Shown: piece by piece, positions 35,040 through 46,399 of the stretch
How the letters are laid out: each line of letters opens with the position of its first letter
Position numbering within the stretch: the stretch's first letter is position 1
Assembly: GCA_038087875.1 (NCBI GenBank)
Contig: JAXLNO010000297.1
Span: 62,001 to 117,526 of the forward strand
DNA from: Malacoraja senta
Taxonomy: Eukaryota
Direction of reading: 5' to 3'
Length of the DNA: 55,526 bases
Program-made: the position numbers and the translations under genes
The notes under the pieces: generated by a model
Databases searched by the model: none
The model's input: the letters and a program-made list of their open reading frames with translations, nothing else
Told to the model about the DNA's origin: nothing

Positions 35040-35817
35040 GTCATGTGGGAAGGTGGCAGATCCCGTATGACGCTTGGTATCGTATTCCAGGTCTGCGACG
35101 CTCGATATGAAAACACTGACTGCCCAAAAACACTTTTCCGAAATGGGACTAGACAATCAGCTCTGGAGCCTGCTCTAGTCGACCTATTTGTGTTTTTCTT
35201 TATAAAGTCCTTTAACGGAGGTGGGGCTAGTCCATGGAAGATTTTGTAAACCAAAATAGAATCTATATATTATATTACGTTTTCCCAGCTCAGCAGATCA
35301 TATTTCTTCATGATGCTTCAGTGATGGTACATTCTGGGCTTTTTGTCATGAATTTTTAGGGCTTGTTTATAAGCAATTTCAACAGGGTTTAGTGTGGACT
35401 TACATGCCAATGCCCAACTTGTTATACAGTAGGTCATATATGGCATAATCATTGCATTAAAATATAGTTTAGCTGAATCAATAGTTACATTATTTCTAAT
35501 GTATCTAAAATTGGACAAGTTAAACTTAATTTTATTTACTGTTCTTTTCATTTGTTGTTTGAAGCAGAGCTGTGAATCGATCGTGATTCCTAAATATTTA
35601 AGCTCATGTGCAATTTCAAGTTTTGTTCCATGTACAAACACATCATGATCTACATCAGTACTTGCCTTTTTGGAGAAAACATACAGACAGTCTTTGACAC
35701 ATTAAGATGTAGATCAGAACATTGCAACCAGTTTGACACAATCATAGCAGCTGATAGATCTTGTTTTTGTTTTGCTTGATGTTTGATGTTTGTTTTTGGC
35801 ATGTACATATACGACTG
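35040..35817 (-). mobile_element. CR1/L2-group (Crack/Daphne-like) LINE RT C-terminal fragment
   Basis: LKYLGITIDSQLCF, AKLYFNAMIMPYMTYC..SWA, VYKIFHGLAPP, SYRASQTWNTIP. Confidence 0.7.
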
Positions 35818-36560
35818 CATCAAATATCATGTTCCACACCACACACAGAACATATAGTAAGGAGCTGCTGGAGACCAGCGCTATATGGGGTAAAGACCAC
35901 AAGTTCGTCTGCATACATAATATGGTTCACTAAAATATTACCAATCAAGCACCCAGTATTACAGGCTTTCAATTGCTTGGACAGATCATCAATATAAAGA
36001 TTAAAAAGGACTGGGAACAAAATTCCCCCTTGTCTAACACCATTGCTAACCCCAAATGGGGCTGAGACTCTATTGCCCCATTTTATTTGCGTAGACTGGT
36101 GGGTATACCAGTAAGCTAGAATTCTCACAATGTATTTAGGCACCCCTCGTTGACTCATTTTAACAAACAGCTTTCTATGATTAACATGATCAAAGGCTTT
36201 GCAAGCATCAATAAAGCACATACGAATTGAAGAGTTTTTGCCTCTATATTTGTTTACAATCTCCTTTAGGGCATATATGCACAAGTCAGTGCCATGTTTA
36301 GCTTTAAAGCCAAACTGGTTATCTGTGGAGTTAACAAACTAATTTACTCTATCCAGCAGAATTATTTCTAAGCCTTTTGATAATATGCTGGTTGAAGCTA
36401 TGGGCCTGTAATTATTTAGGCTGCCTACTTTGCCAGCTTTGTCCTTAATGACCGGCACTAGCAGAACAGACAACATTGAGTCTGGTAACAAGCCATGAAC
36501 CAAAAAGCCAGTAAAGCAAATAGCAAGGAGAGGAGCTATCCTCATACTCGCATACTTAAG
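35818..36560 (-). mobile_element. Second non-LTR RT core fragment, clade uncertain (RTEX- or CR1-group-like)
   Basis: NNYRPIA, CFIDACKAFD, GVRQGGIL.P.LFNLYIDDL, HIMYADE. Confidence 0.75.
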
Positions 36561-36659
36561 ATTTGTATAAGAAGGAACTGCAGATGGTGGAAAATCGAAG
36601 GTAGACATAAATGCGGGAGAAACTCAGAGGGTGAGGCAGCATCTATGGAGCGAAGGAAA

Positions 36660-36697
36660 TGGGCGACGTTTCAGGTCGAGACCCTTCTTCAGACTGA
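36660..36697 (-). ncRNA. Minimal hammerhead ribozyme motif in the Penelope pLTR
   Basis: CTGAAGA-AGGGTC TC GACCT-GAAAC-GTC: CUGANGA core, stem II, GAAA, palindromic ACGT stem III, GUC triplet. Confidence 0.65.
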
Positions 36698-37594
36698 TGT
36701 GAGGGTGGGGGGGGCGGGAAGAAGAAAGGAAGAGGCGGAGACAGTGGGCTGTGGGAGAGCTGGGAAGGGGAGGGGAAAGAAGGAGAAAGCTGGGGTGTAA
36801 ACCACCCAAGCGAAATATGAGGTGCTGCTCCTCCAATTTATGGTGAGCCTCACTCTGGCATGGAGGACGCCCAGGACAGAAAGGTCGGATTCGGAATGGG
36901 AGGGGGAGTTGAAGTGCTGAGCCACCGGGAGATCAGGTTGGTTATTGCGAACCAAGCGGAGGTGTTGGACGAAACGATCGCCAAGCCTACGCTTGGTCTC
37001 ACCAATGTAGAGCAGCTGACACCTAGTGCAGCGGATGCAATAGATGAGGTTGGAGGAGCTGCAGTAGAAGCTCGAAAGACTGCTTGGGTCCTTGAATGGA
37101 CTCAAGGGGGGAGGTAAAGCGACAAGTATAGCATTTCCTGCCATAACAAGGGAAAGTACCAGGAGAGGAGGTGGGAAGGGACAAATTGACCAGGGAGTTA
37201 CGGAGGGAACGGTCTCTGCGGAAAGCCGAAAGGGGAGGAGATGGGAAGATGTGGTCAGTGGTGGGATCATGTTGGAGGCGCCGAAAATGTCGGAGGATTA
37301 TTTGTTGTATGTGATGGCTGGTAGGGTGGAAGGTGAGGACAAGGAGGACTCTGAGAGCAGAGTTATGGGATATAGAAGAGACCCTGGTGAGATACTCATC
37401 TATAATAGAAGAGGGGAAACCCCTTTCCCTGAAGAATGAGGACATCTCTCCGATACCCTGGCTTGGAACACCTCATCCTGGGTGCAGATGCAGCGTAGCC
37501 GGAGGAATTGGGAGTAGGGGATGGAGTCCTTACAGGAAGCAGGATGGGAAGGTGTAGTCGAGATAGCCATGGGAGTCAGTGAGTTTATAGTAGA

Positions 37595-38593
37595 CTAGAC
37601 TGAGTGGGACCCGTTGGTCCCCCAACGCAATATTCCACCTCTCCACCAATTCCAATATTGGTGGCCAGTGGGGTCGGGGTGCTTACTGAAGCGCTAGTAT
37701 GGGTGTTGTGAGCCAAAGCGACTGGTTTCCAGAGGGCTAGTATGGATGTTGTGGGCTGAATGGATTCTTGGCCTGGCAACTCAGTCACTCGGGCCTGGTG
37801 GGCTGGCAGCTCAGTCACTCAGGGCTGGTGGGCTGGCAGCTCAGTTACTCAGGGCTGGTGGGCTGGCAGATCAGTCACTCAGGGCTGGTGGGTTGGCAGT
37901 TCACTCACGGCTAGTCCTTGAAATTCCATTTCAAGCAGAGTGCAGACCACCAAATTCAATTTCATAGCATTTCTGGCAGAGTGCAGGCCACCAAATTCAA
38001 TTTCATAGCATTTCAGCAGTGTGCAGGCCACCAAATTCAATTTCATAGCATTTCCAGCAGAGTGCAGGCCATCAAATTCAATTTCATAGCTTTTCAACCA
38101 GAGTGCAGGCCACCAAATTCAATTTCATAGCATTTCAAGCAGTGTGCAGGCCACCAAATTTCCAAACAACTCATTGGATTGTCATTAAGGGCTAACAAAT
38201 CATTTATTGCAAGTACATTGCAGACTCACAGTTCAGTTGATTCACAGCTTAGAATCACAGTTGTAGACTCACATCGCGATCTTCCAAAGTGACTGACACA
38301 TGTCCAGGCATCCGGGGTTTTATAGTCCTTTCTCCCCCCCCCACAGAAGGGGCGTTATCTTCATCGTGATGATTGACAGGCAGGAGGACCAATCAGCTGA
38401 TCTCAAGATTTTTTAAACACTCATAACTTTTTTATTTTTCATCAATCGGAAAAATCCTCGGAGCTGCCTCAGCGAAGGAGCACTGAGTAAGATGGCCAAA
38501 CATCATAGCGATATATGGTAGCGTTTTTTCTAAAATCAATATACGGCGCAGACAGGAAGTGGTCAAGATGAGACTTTTAGTTATATAGATAGA
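37595..38593 (-). mobile_element. Non-autonomous Helitron (999 bp)
   Basis: 5' TCTATCTATATAACTAAAAG and 3' CTAG. Hairpin GGGACC-AACG-GGTCCC 11 nt from the end. Inserted between A and T with no TSD; Penelope rejoins as tagtaga|tgtc. Confidence 0.9.
37772..38160. repeat. Two minisatellites inside the Helitron (30-bp unit about 4x; ~40-bp unit about 6x)
   Basis: Units ctggcagctcagtcactcagggctggtggg and gcagagtgcaggccaccaaattcaatttcatagcatttc. Confidence 0.9.
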
Positions 38594-39531
38594 TGTCATT
38601 CAGTAGTCTGTCATCTGCGATGGAGATAATGGGGTTTAGAACCGGTAGGGAGATGTTGGAAATGGTCCAGGTGTATTTGAGTGCCGGATGGAAGTTAGTG
38701 GTGAAAGGATGAAGTCAGTGTGTTCTGTATGGGTGCAGGACGTAGCACCAATGCCATCGTAGATGTAGCGGAGGTAGAGTTCTGGGATAGGGCCATGGTA
38801 CGCCTCGAACAAAGATTGTTAAAAGTACTCTACAAAGAGGCAGGCATAGCTTGGGCCCATGCGTGTGACCATAGCAACGCCTTGGATTTGGAGGAAATGG
38901 GAGGAATCACACGAAAAGTTGTTACGGGTAAGGACCAGCTCCGCTAGGCAGAGGAGAGTATCAGTAGACGGGGATTGGTTGGTTGTGCGGTCGAGGAAGA
39001 AACTAAAGGCTTTAAGACCCTCCTGTTTGGGGATGGAGGTGTAGAGTGACTGGACGTCCATGGTGAAGATGGAATGGGGGCCTGGAAAATGGAAGTCATG
39101 GAGGAGACGAAGAGCATGTGAGGTGTCTTGAACAGGTAGGGAGGGATTTAACCAGGGGGGGGGTAAGATGGAGTCGAGGTAGGTGGAAATAAGTTTGGTG
39201 GGACACGAACAAGCAGAAACAATGGGTCTGCCAGGGCAGTCAGGTTTATGGATTTTGGGGAGAAGGTAAAATCGGGCCGTGCCAGGCTTGGGTACGAAGA
39301 GGTTGGAGGCTTGGGAGGGCAGGGAGGCGGAAATGATGAAGTCAGTGATGGTGTTAGAGATAATGGCCTGGTGCTCGTCTGTAGGGTCATGGTCCAAGGA
39401 TAAGTAGTAGGAGGTGTCTGAGAGTTGGCGCGTGGCCTCAGACTTATAGGGTCCACATGCCAGACTACCACGGCACCTCCCTTGTCGGCAGGTTTGATCA
39501 CCCAGTCTGGTTGCAGAGTGAGTGGAGGGCT

Positions 39532-39667
39532 TCTTCTTGCGTATGGCGTGCACAGCCTAAAGTTGTAGGACAACTTGTTCTATTTGATCTTATTTGATTG
39601 TGCACGCCGGGTTGATTGCATTAGTTGAAACAGGGCGGACCACATGAAGGTTGCAATCTTCCACCCC
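39532..39667 (-). mobile_element. 136-bp ribozyme-headed short retroelement, copy 2
   Basis: 11-bp TSD AGTGGAGGGCT (39521-39531, 39668-39678). Same 5' nucleotide as copy 1. Confidence 0.9.
39614..39667 (-). ncRNA. Minimal HDV-like ribozyme, copy 2
   Basis: P1, P2, P3 and J4/2 identical to copy 1. Two CpG-type changes, in L3 (TTCATGT) and P4 (TTTCAA). Confidence 0.72.
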
Positions 39668-40360
39668 AGTGGAGGGCTGCATGTTCGGGGGGGAGAGGTT
39701 AGAGTTAGAAAGGGGAGTGGAGAAGTTGAGGCGGTTGATGTCCCGCCGGCAGTTTAAAATAAAAAGGTCTAAAGCAGATAGATGGCCATTATAGCGGCAG
39801 ATTTTTATATCGTTCAAGAGATTACTCCCTCTAGCCACTAAGTTGAACTACATGGTTAAGGAGAATGTCGTAATACGCATGTGAGCTCTCTGTGAGACCT
39901 TCAGAGCTTCTTCACAGATAAATCTTCATAACACAGTTATTTGATTAATAGTTTCTTTATTGTTGACAAAAAATACAACCTTATACTCCGACTCGTACAA
40001 TTTAACCTTCGTCAAACTCCAGCATATCGCTTAAACATTAGAAAACTCTTTGTGTCTCAGTTAAACGTCACATGGTCGATGAGCTAACTTCCACATGTGA
40101 GTGCAAAAGTAAATTAAAATCTAAGCTTCTGTGCAAGAAACCTAGCTCCAAACACGTCCTAGAATACGTAATAAATCCCACCCACATAATAACGGGCAGT
40201 CCAAAATTTAAAGACACATGCCATAATTAATGACACACAAAATAAGCCAAATGGCCACTACATACCGACCCCCTAATTATTCCGAGTATATAATGAGGCA
40301 ATTATTAATGAACATCAGAAAAGTAGCCATAAAGGCTTAACATAAGTCAAAAGCAAAAAA

Positions 40361-40427
40361 TCGGGGAAACGAACTCCGGTCTCCCGTGTGACAGGCGGGG
40401 GGTTACTAACCACTATACTAACGAGAA
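40361..40427 (-). pseudogene. tRNA-Asp(GTC)-derived sequence lacking the 3' acceptor strand
   Basis: CTCGTTAGTATAGTGGTTAGTAACCCCCGCCTGTCACACGGGAGACCGGAGTTCGTTTCCCCGA closely resembles vertebrate tRNA-Asp and is followed by T6. Confidence 0.85.
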
Positions 40428-41783
40428 AAATAGCATGCACTATATATCCGCAATCAGAATTCTTCATCGACTCTTCCATCTTCACATTCACCTTATTGAA
40501 GCAAGCATCTTGATTATTGATCTTATTAAAACACTGTTTTTTGTTTAATGTCGTACTGCGCACCAAACCCTTAAAATCAGGCAAGACACCCAGTATATAG
40601 TCCAAAACATACCAGTCCAAAGCTTTGATAGCATGAAACTTCTTTCTTCATGTCAAATCAACTCATGGATATGTTGTAACAACAATGTTGAATTGTGAAA
40701 ATCCTTCGAGAGAATAACAGGATTTTTAGGAATAAAGTTCACCGTTAGGTTTGATTTAATTTCTGGATCATTAGCAGAGATTTTAAATCCCAGCTCAAGC
40801 TTTGCCCATTATCTGTCTGGCTTATGGAGAGACTTTAGTTCATTGATCCATCTCTTATTGCTTAAGAAGCGGTTCGCCGTCAGTTCTCTGGAAACGTCAT
40901 CCGCAGGATTTTCTTTTGTGTTAACATATTTCAATTGTGCAACATTAGTAACTCCCAATGCTCTTTCCATTGGCAGATTGTCTCTGTCCAAATCCAACTC
41001 CCTGGTTTCTTTGGCTCTGTCATCTGGTGGAATGCTTTCACAATTGTCGCTAATCCACTTGGAAAGTGTGAATCCTCCCTTATTGCAGAGGGAAGTCAGA
41101 TGTTTTACTGGTTGAATTGCTTCCTGCTCAGTAGACATGGATTTTAAGCAATCATCCATGTCGAAATTATTCTTCAAAGAGATTATTACTTCATGAAATT
41201 TCATATTCTCGCAAAACCTGCGTCCCAAGTGTGGGTGTGTTGCTCTGCCTTATGACAATTATTCGGCAGATTAACTCTTTCTTGTTTGAAAGGTAAGTCC
41301 AGACAATAGTGTCCGTCAATCTTTACTGAGTAGTTCATAATATCCACGAATCTTAACTCTTCATTCGACATTTCTTCAGATTCCTTATTGGTACTTTCAT
41401 TGAAGTCATGATAGTATTGCTTATGGAGAGACTTTAGTTCATTGCTTTTCTAATTTATCAGTAGATATTTGATTATCAGCAATAGCAGGATAGTTCTTTT
41501 TTTTAATTTTTTTTATTAATTTATTTTTATTGGAAGCAATTGTACAAGGATAAATCGCTCAGCATCTACCATTATACAATTATTGTACAGCTTCATTTTT
41601 CAAATTTTATCATAACGAACACACAGTAGACAGAAAACAAAAAAAACACCAATTAAAGAAACAAAAAAACAAAAAAAAACACACAAAAAAGTGGGGGGCA
41701 GCCAGAATATCAATCAGAGTGCAAGATCAAAGTTCGCTCAGATTAAAGACATAGCACATCAGCAAAATAAACAGATCAGACAA

Positions 41784-44700
41784 TTATGCCTCTTCAAGCA
41801 AAATCAAAAATGGTTTCCACACCTTCAAAAAATAATGTTGTAAATTCCCTTTGTTAAAACGAATCTGTTCCATCTTAGCAATAGAAAGCATTTCGTTGAG
41901 CCACCTCTTAAAACATGGGGAGAGTGGGGACTTCCAATTCAGTACTATTATTTTTTTAGCTGCAACCATACCTGCTCTAAGAATCTGCTTCTGGTGGGAA
42001 GGAAGGGCCCTTGTATTGTCAGAGCAACCAAAAATAGCCAGATTACAATCAGGTGGAATATTTATTCGACATTGTTTGGAAAGACAGTTAAATATGTCAC
42101 TCGAGAAATTACTTAATACTGGACAGTGCCAAAATAAATGTGATAGTGATCCTTCTGCAGTACCACATCTGTCACACATGGAAGAAACCGATTAAAAAAT
42201 CTTGTTAAGTTTGGTTTTAGAATAACGTAGTCTCTGCAAGACTTTAAATTAAATTAATCTGTATCTAGAACTAATAGAGCAACTCTGTATACCGGACAAA
42301 CCTTCCTCCCACAGTTCATTTGACACAGGAGTGCCCAATTCTGCAGCCCAGGCCTCCCTGAGATGACCAGCTTCAACTGGTGTCGTAAAGGCAGTGACAA
42401 AGCGGGAGATCAAATGTTTAGAGTCAGGCTGTGAGAGAAGTAGATCATAAAGAATGTGACTTTTTGGTTTGACTATGAATTCTGGGATACGCTCCCGTAC
42501 AAAATGCCTGACTTGAAGGTAGCGATAGAAGTGTTGTTGAGGAAGGCGATATTTAGTTTGGAGCTGAAAAAATGAGGCAAATTTATTATCTATGTAGAGA
42601 TCATCAATACAACACAGCCCCTTCCCCCTCCAGTCCAGAAACACTCTATCCATCAGTGCCGGTTTGAACAAGTGATTGTGTACTATAGGGGTATACACTG
42701 AGATATTTACCAATCCAATTTTTTTTTAAATTTGATTCAAATCCTTACGGAGTTTCTGAGAATGAAGTTATGACCAACTAATTTGTAGGGAACCTGTGCT
42801 CCGAAAAAGAGCAACACTGGGAGAGAGGTCTCTGAAACAAACATGGATTCAATTTTTAGCCAGAGTGGGGAAGCCCCACAGGAAAGCCCCACAGCCAGAA
42901 AGTGAGAGCCCTCGCATTTGCAGCCCAGTAGTAATGCTTCAGTACCGGAAGGCCGAGGTCACCCCTGTCCACATTTTTCTGTAGGTGGTCTTTAGCAATG
43001 CGAGGGGATTTGTCTGCCCAGACAAATGAGAGTATAATGACCGAATCCAGTTGTTTGAAAAAAGACAAAGGTAATTAGACAGGAAGGTTTTGGAAAAGAT
43101 ACAAAAATCTTGGAAGTGCAACCATTTTAATAGCATTGATGCGACCAATCATTGAGAGGGGAAGCAGCTTCCAGCACCTAATGCTAGCTTTTAATTTGTC
43201 TACCATGTCCAAAAAATTCAATTTAAGTAGAAGTTTGGGGTTTCTGGAAATCTTCAGTCCAAGATAGGTAAAGTGGGTGGTAACTAATTTAAATGGCAAA
43301 GATTTCAAGAAAGCAGGGCTCAAATTATTCGTCAAGGGCATGAATTCACTTTTATCCCAGTTAATTGTGTATCCTGACAGTTTACTAAATGACTTAATGT
43401 AGTTCAGAAGGTTGGGAACTGACACTACCGGATCAGATAAACAAATTAAAAAATCATCCGCATATAAATTCACAAGACTTTCAACATTACCAAATTTTAC
43501 ACCATGAATACCCGGGTGACCCCTAATTCCTATTGCAAGAGGTTCTAAAGCGATATCAAACAGCAGGGGAGAAAGGGGATCACCCTGTCTCACACCGCAC
43601 TGCAGGTCAAAAGGTTGGGATTTTTCTGTGTTAGTCAGAATAGAAGATACTGGATTTGAATAAATTATTGTAATCCACTCTATAAAGTTCATCCCGAACC
43701 CAAACTGTTTTGACGTCTCTAGCATATAGGGCCATTCGATCTGATCGAAAGCCTTCTGAGCATCGAGAGATAGGATGGCGGCTTGCGTATCCTTGTGATG
43801 AACCGAATATAATGTATTTAACAGCAGACGAACATTACTAATTGAGAATCTACCCGGTATAAATCCAGTCTGATCAGGATGTACAATTTTTGAGATATGC
43901 TTACCCAATTATGTGGCCAGGACTTTAGTTATCATCTTCTGGTCACAGTTCAGAAGAGCGATTGGTCTGTAACTTGCAGGGTCAGTCTCTGCTTTTCCCT
44001 TTTTTAGGAGCAGGCAAACATTAGCTTCATAAAGTGAGCTGGGGAGCCTCTTGTTTTTCACTGAATCATTCACCATTTTTAACATGAGAGGGACTATTTT
44101 TCCATGAAACGCCTTATAGAATTCACAGCCGAAGCCATCTGGGCCTGCTGCTTTTCCAGAGGGAAATGCTCGGATAGCTTCCAGAAGGTCATCTACAGAA
44201 ATCTGAGTGTCAATGTCATCCCTAGATTTAGGTTAGTAAAAAAATTACAAAAATCTGTTTCAGTGGGCTTTACTGGAATAAAGTTCTTTATAAAAGTCCC
44301 TGAAGCAAGCATTTATATGCTTCAGGTCAGTAACCAGTATACCTGATTTTAGTTTAATCCTATGAATGGCACGATTAGCTTGCTCACCTCTAAGTTGACC
44401 TGCTAATAATTTCTCTGGTTTATCACCGAGTTCAAAGTATTTCTGTTTGAGCTTTAGTAATTGGCTGCTAAGACGTTTATTGAGGATAGTATTATATTCA
44501 TATTTTAGTTTTAAGATCTTATTGTAGTCAGACTGTAAGAGAGAGGATCTATACATCTCTTCAAGCACTGGAAGCATCTTATCAATATCCCTAAGGCGAC
44601 GATTAAGTTCTCTTTTTGTATATGATTCAAATGAAATAATATGGCCTCTCATCACAACCTTAAAAGCCTCTCATAAAATGGAATCAGAGACTTCCCCATT

Positions 44701-45540
44701 ATCATTTGTGGTAAGAAACTCATCTATACATGCAGTCATTTGGTCAATAAAAGAGTGATCATTAAGAAGAAGAGGGTTGAAGCGCCAGCTGTACTTTTGT
44801 TTGGACAGAATATCTTTAAATTGAAGTGACACCGGACTATGGTCAGAAATCAAAATATTATGATAGGTGAAATTTGTTATACTGGACAGTAATTCAGACG
44901 AAATCAAAAAATAGTCAATCCTAGTGTAGGATTTGTGGACATGAGAATAGAAAGAGAAATCTCTGTTAGTAGGATGCTGCAGTCGCCAAATGTCAACCAT
45001 GTTCCTAGTCTTAATTAAATCATTTAAAGTTTGCACTGAGGCTATGGTAGGAGCCGGTTTTGTTGAGAGTCTGTCCAGGATTGGGTCTAAATAACAACTG
45101 AAGTCACCTCCAATAATGACATTAGGGCTAGAGGCTGGTATCATATCAAAAATTTTACGAAAACAATCAGGATTATCAACATTTGGGGCATAGATATTAA
45201 GCATAGTTATTGGAAGTGAATTTATGTGACCTGAAATCATTAAGTATCTGCCATAAGGGTCTGCTATCATAGAGTCAAGGTGAAATGTAATACTTTTACG
45301 AAAAAGAATAGCAACCCCTCTGGCTTTACGAGTAAAACGCGCTTGGAAAACCTGAGAAATCCAGTTTGCTTTCAGTCTACCCTGTGCGTTTCTTGTATAA
45401 AAATTATATCCGACTTCAATAATTTGAGATGTGAGAAAACGCGACCCCTTTTAATTACATGACCAAGACCCTTCACATTCCATGAGACTAAAGTTAAGTT
45501 ATTAATGCCGCTATGTGCAGTACTGTCAGGTACTGACATT
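41784..45540 (-). pseudogene. L1-A ORF2 (APE-RT-CCHC), disrupted
   Basis: SWNVKGL, IQETH, GGDFSC, RIDY, ISDHSP, DQTGFIPGR, DAQKAFD, GVRQGDPLSP, LYADD, CDRC...HLFWHC. Confidence 0.92.
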
Positions 45541-46399
45541 ATCCCTGAGACAAAGACGATCCGGCATTCCTCCAAAAAAACACAAAAGACAATAAAAAAC
45601 ACATAAACACCACACATTGCGGTGCAAAACACCACACTCACACAACCCCCTAAACATATTCCCTACCCACCCACAGAGTGCCTCCCCAAACGAAGCACGG
45701 GTGTCCCACTAAGCCTGGGACCGCTAAACGCACGCGAGGTGAGTACCTCCAAAAACAAAAAACAAAAAAAAGTAGCTAGCTGAATAAAGCTACAGGAATG
45801 CTCCGCCGCCAGCCACGACTGAATTAAATAAAATAACATAAATTGACAGTCTCATACAAACCAATTGAATTCTCTGAACTACAAAGAGTCACGTTAAAAC
45901 ATAATCAACCCTCTGAACACTCAGAGTGACGTCAGAGTTTTTAAGATATGTCTTTTAACTCAGTTTTCAGAAATGGCGTTGCCTCACCCGGTGTAGTGAA
46001 AACCGTGACGCGGCCCTTGTGTTTGATGCGGAGCTTTGCTGGAAAGAGGAGACTATGCTCTACCTTGAGCTCCCGCAGCTCGCCCAACACATCGCTGAAT
46101 TCCCGTCGTTGCCGCATCACATCTGGTGTGTAGTCCGGGAAGATAAGCACCTTATTGCCTTTATACACCAGCTCTCGCGCCCTCCGGAGTCGCAGTATAG
46201 GCTCCTTCTCCCGATAAAAATGGACCCGTGCGGTAATGGCGCGGGGCCTGGCTCCCTCCGGGGGTTGCGGTCGCAGGATCCGGTGTACCCGATCAATAAT
46301 CACCTTGGACTGGAAGTTGTCGTCTCCAAGAAGTTTCGGTATCAGAGCCTCGATGAATTCCGTCGGTTTACCCCCTTCCTCTAGCTCAGGTATGCCGAT

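Larger units (their letters stand above)
36566..39790 (-). mobile_element. Penelope-like element (RT + GIY-YIG), decayed and interrupted twice
   Basis: IKPADKGGAVV, FYLLPKIHKPDCPGRPIVS, TMDVQSLYTSIP, QGVAM.TRMGPSYACLF, NLIYCIRC..C..LYIGETKRRLGDRF.QH. Confidence 0.93.

Noticed and set aside
40361..40427. Functional tRNA-Asp gene
   Set aside because: The 3' acceptor strand is missing, and there is an extra base and T-arm mismatches.
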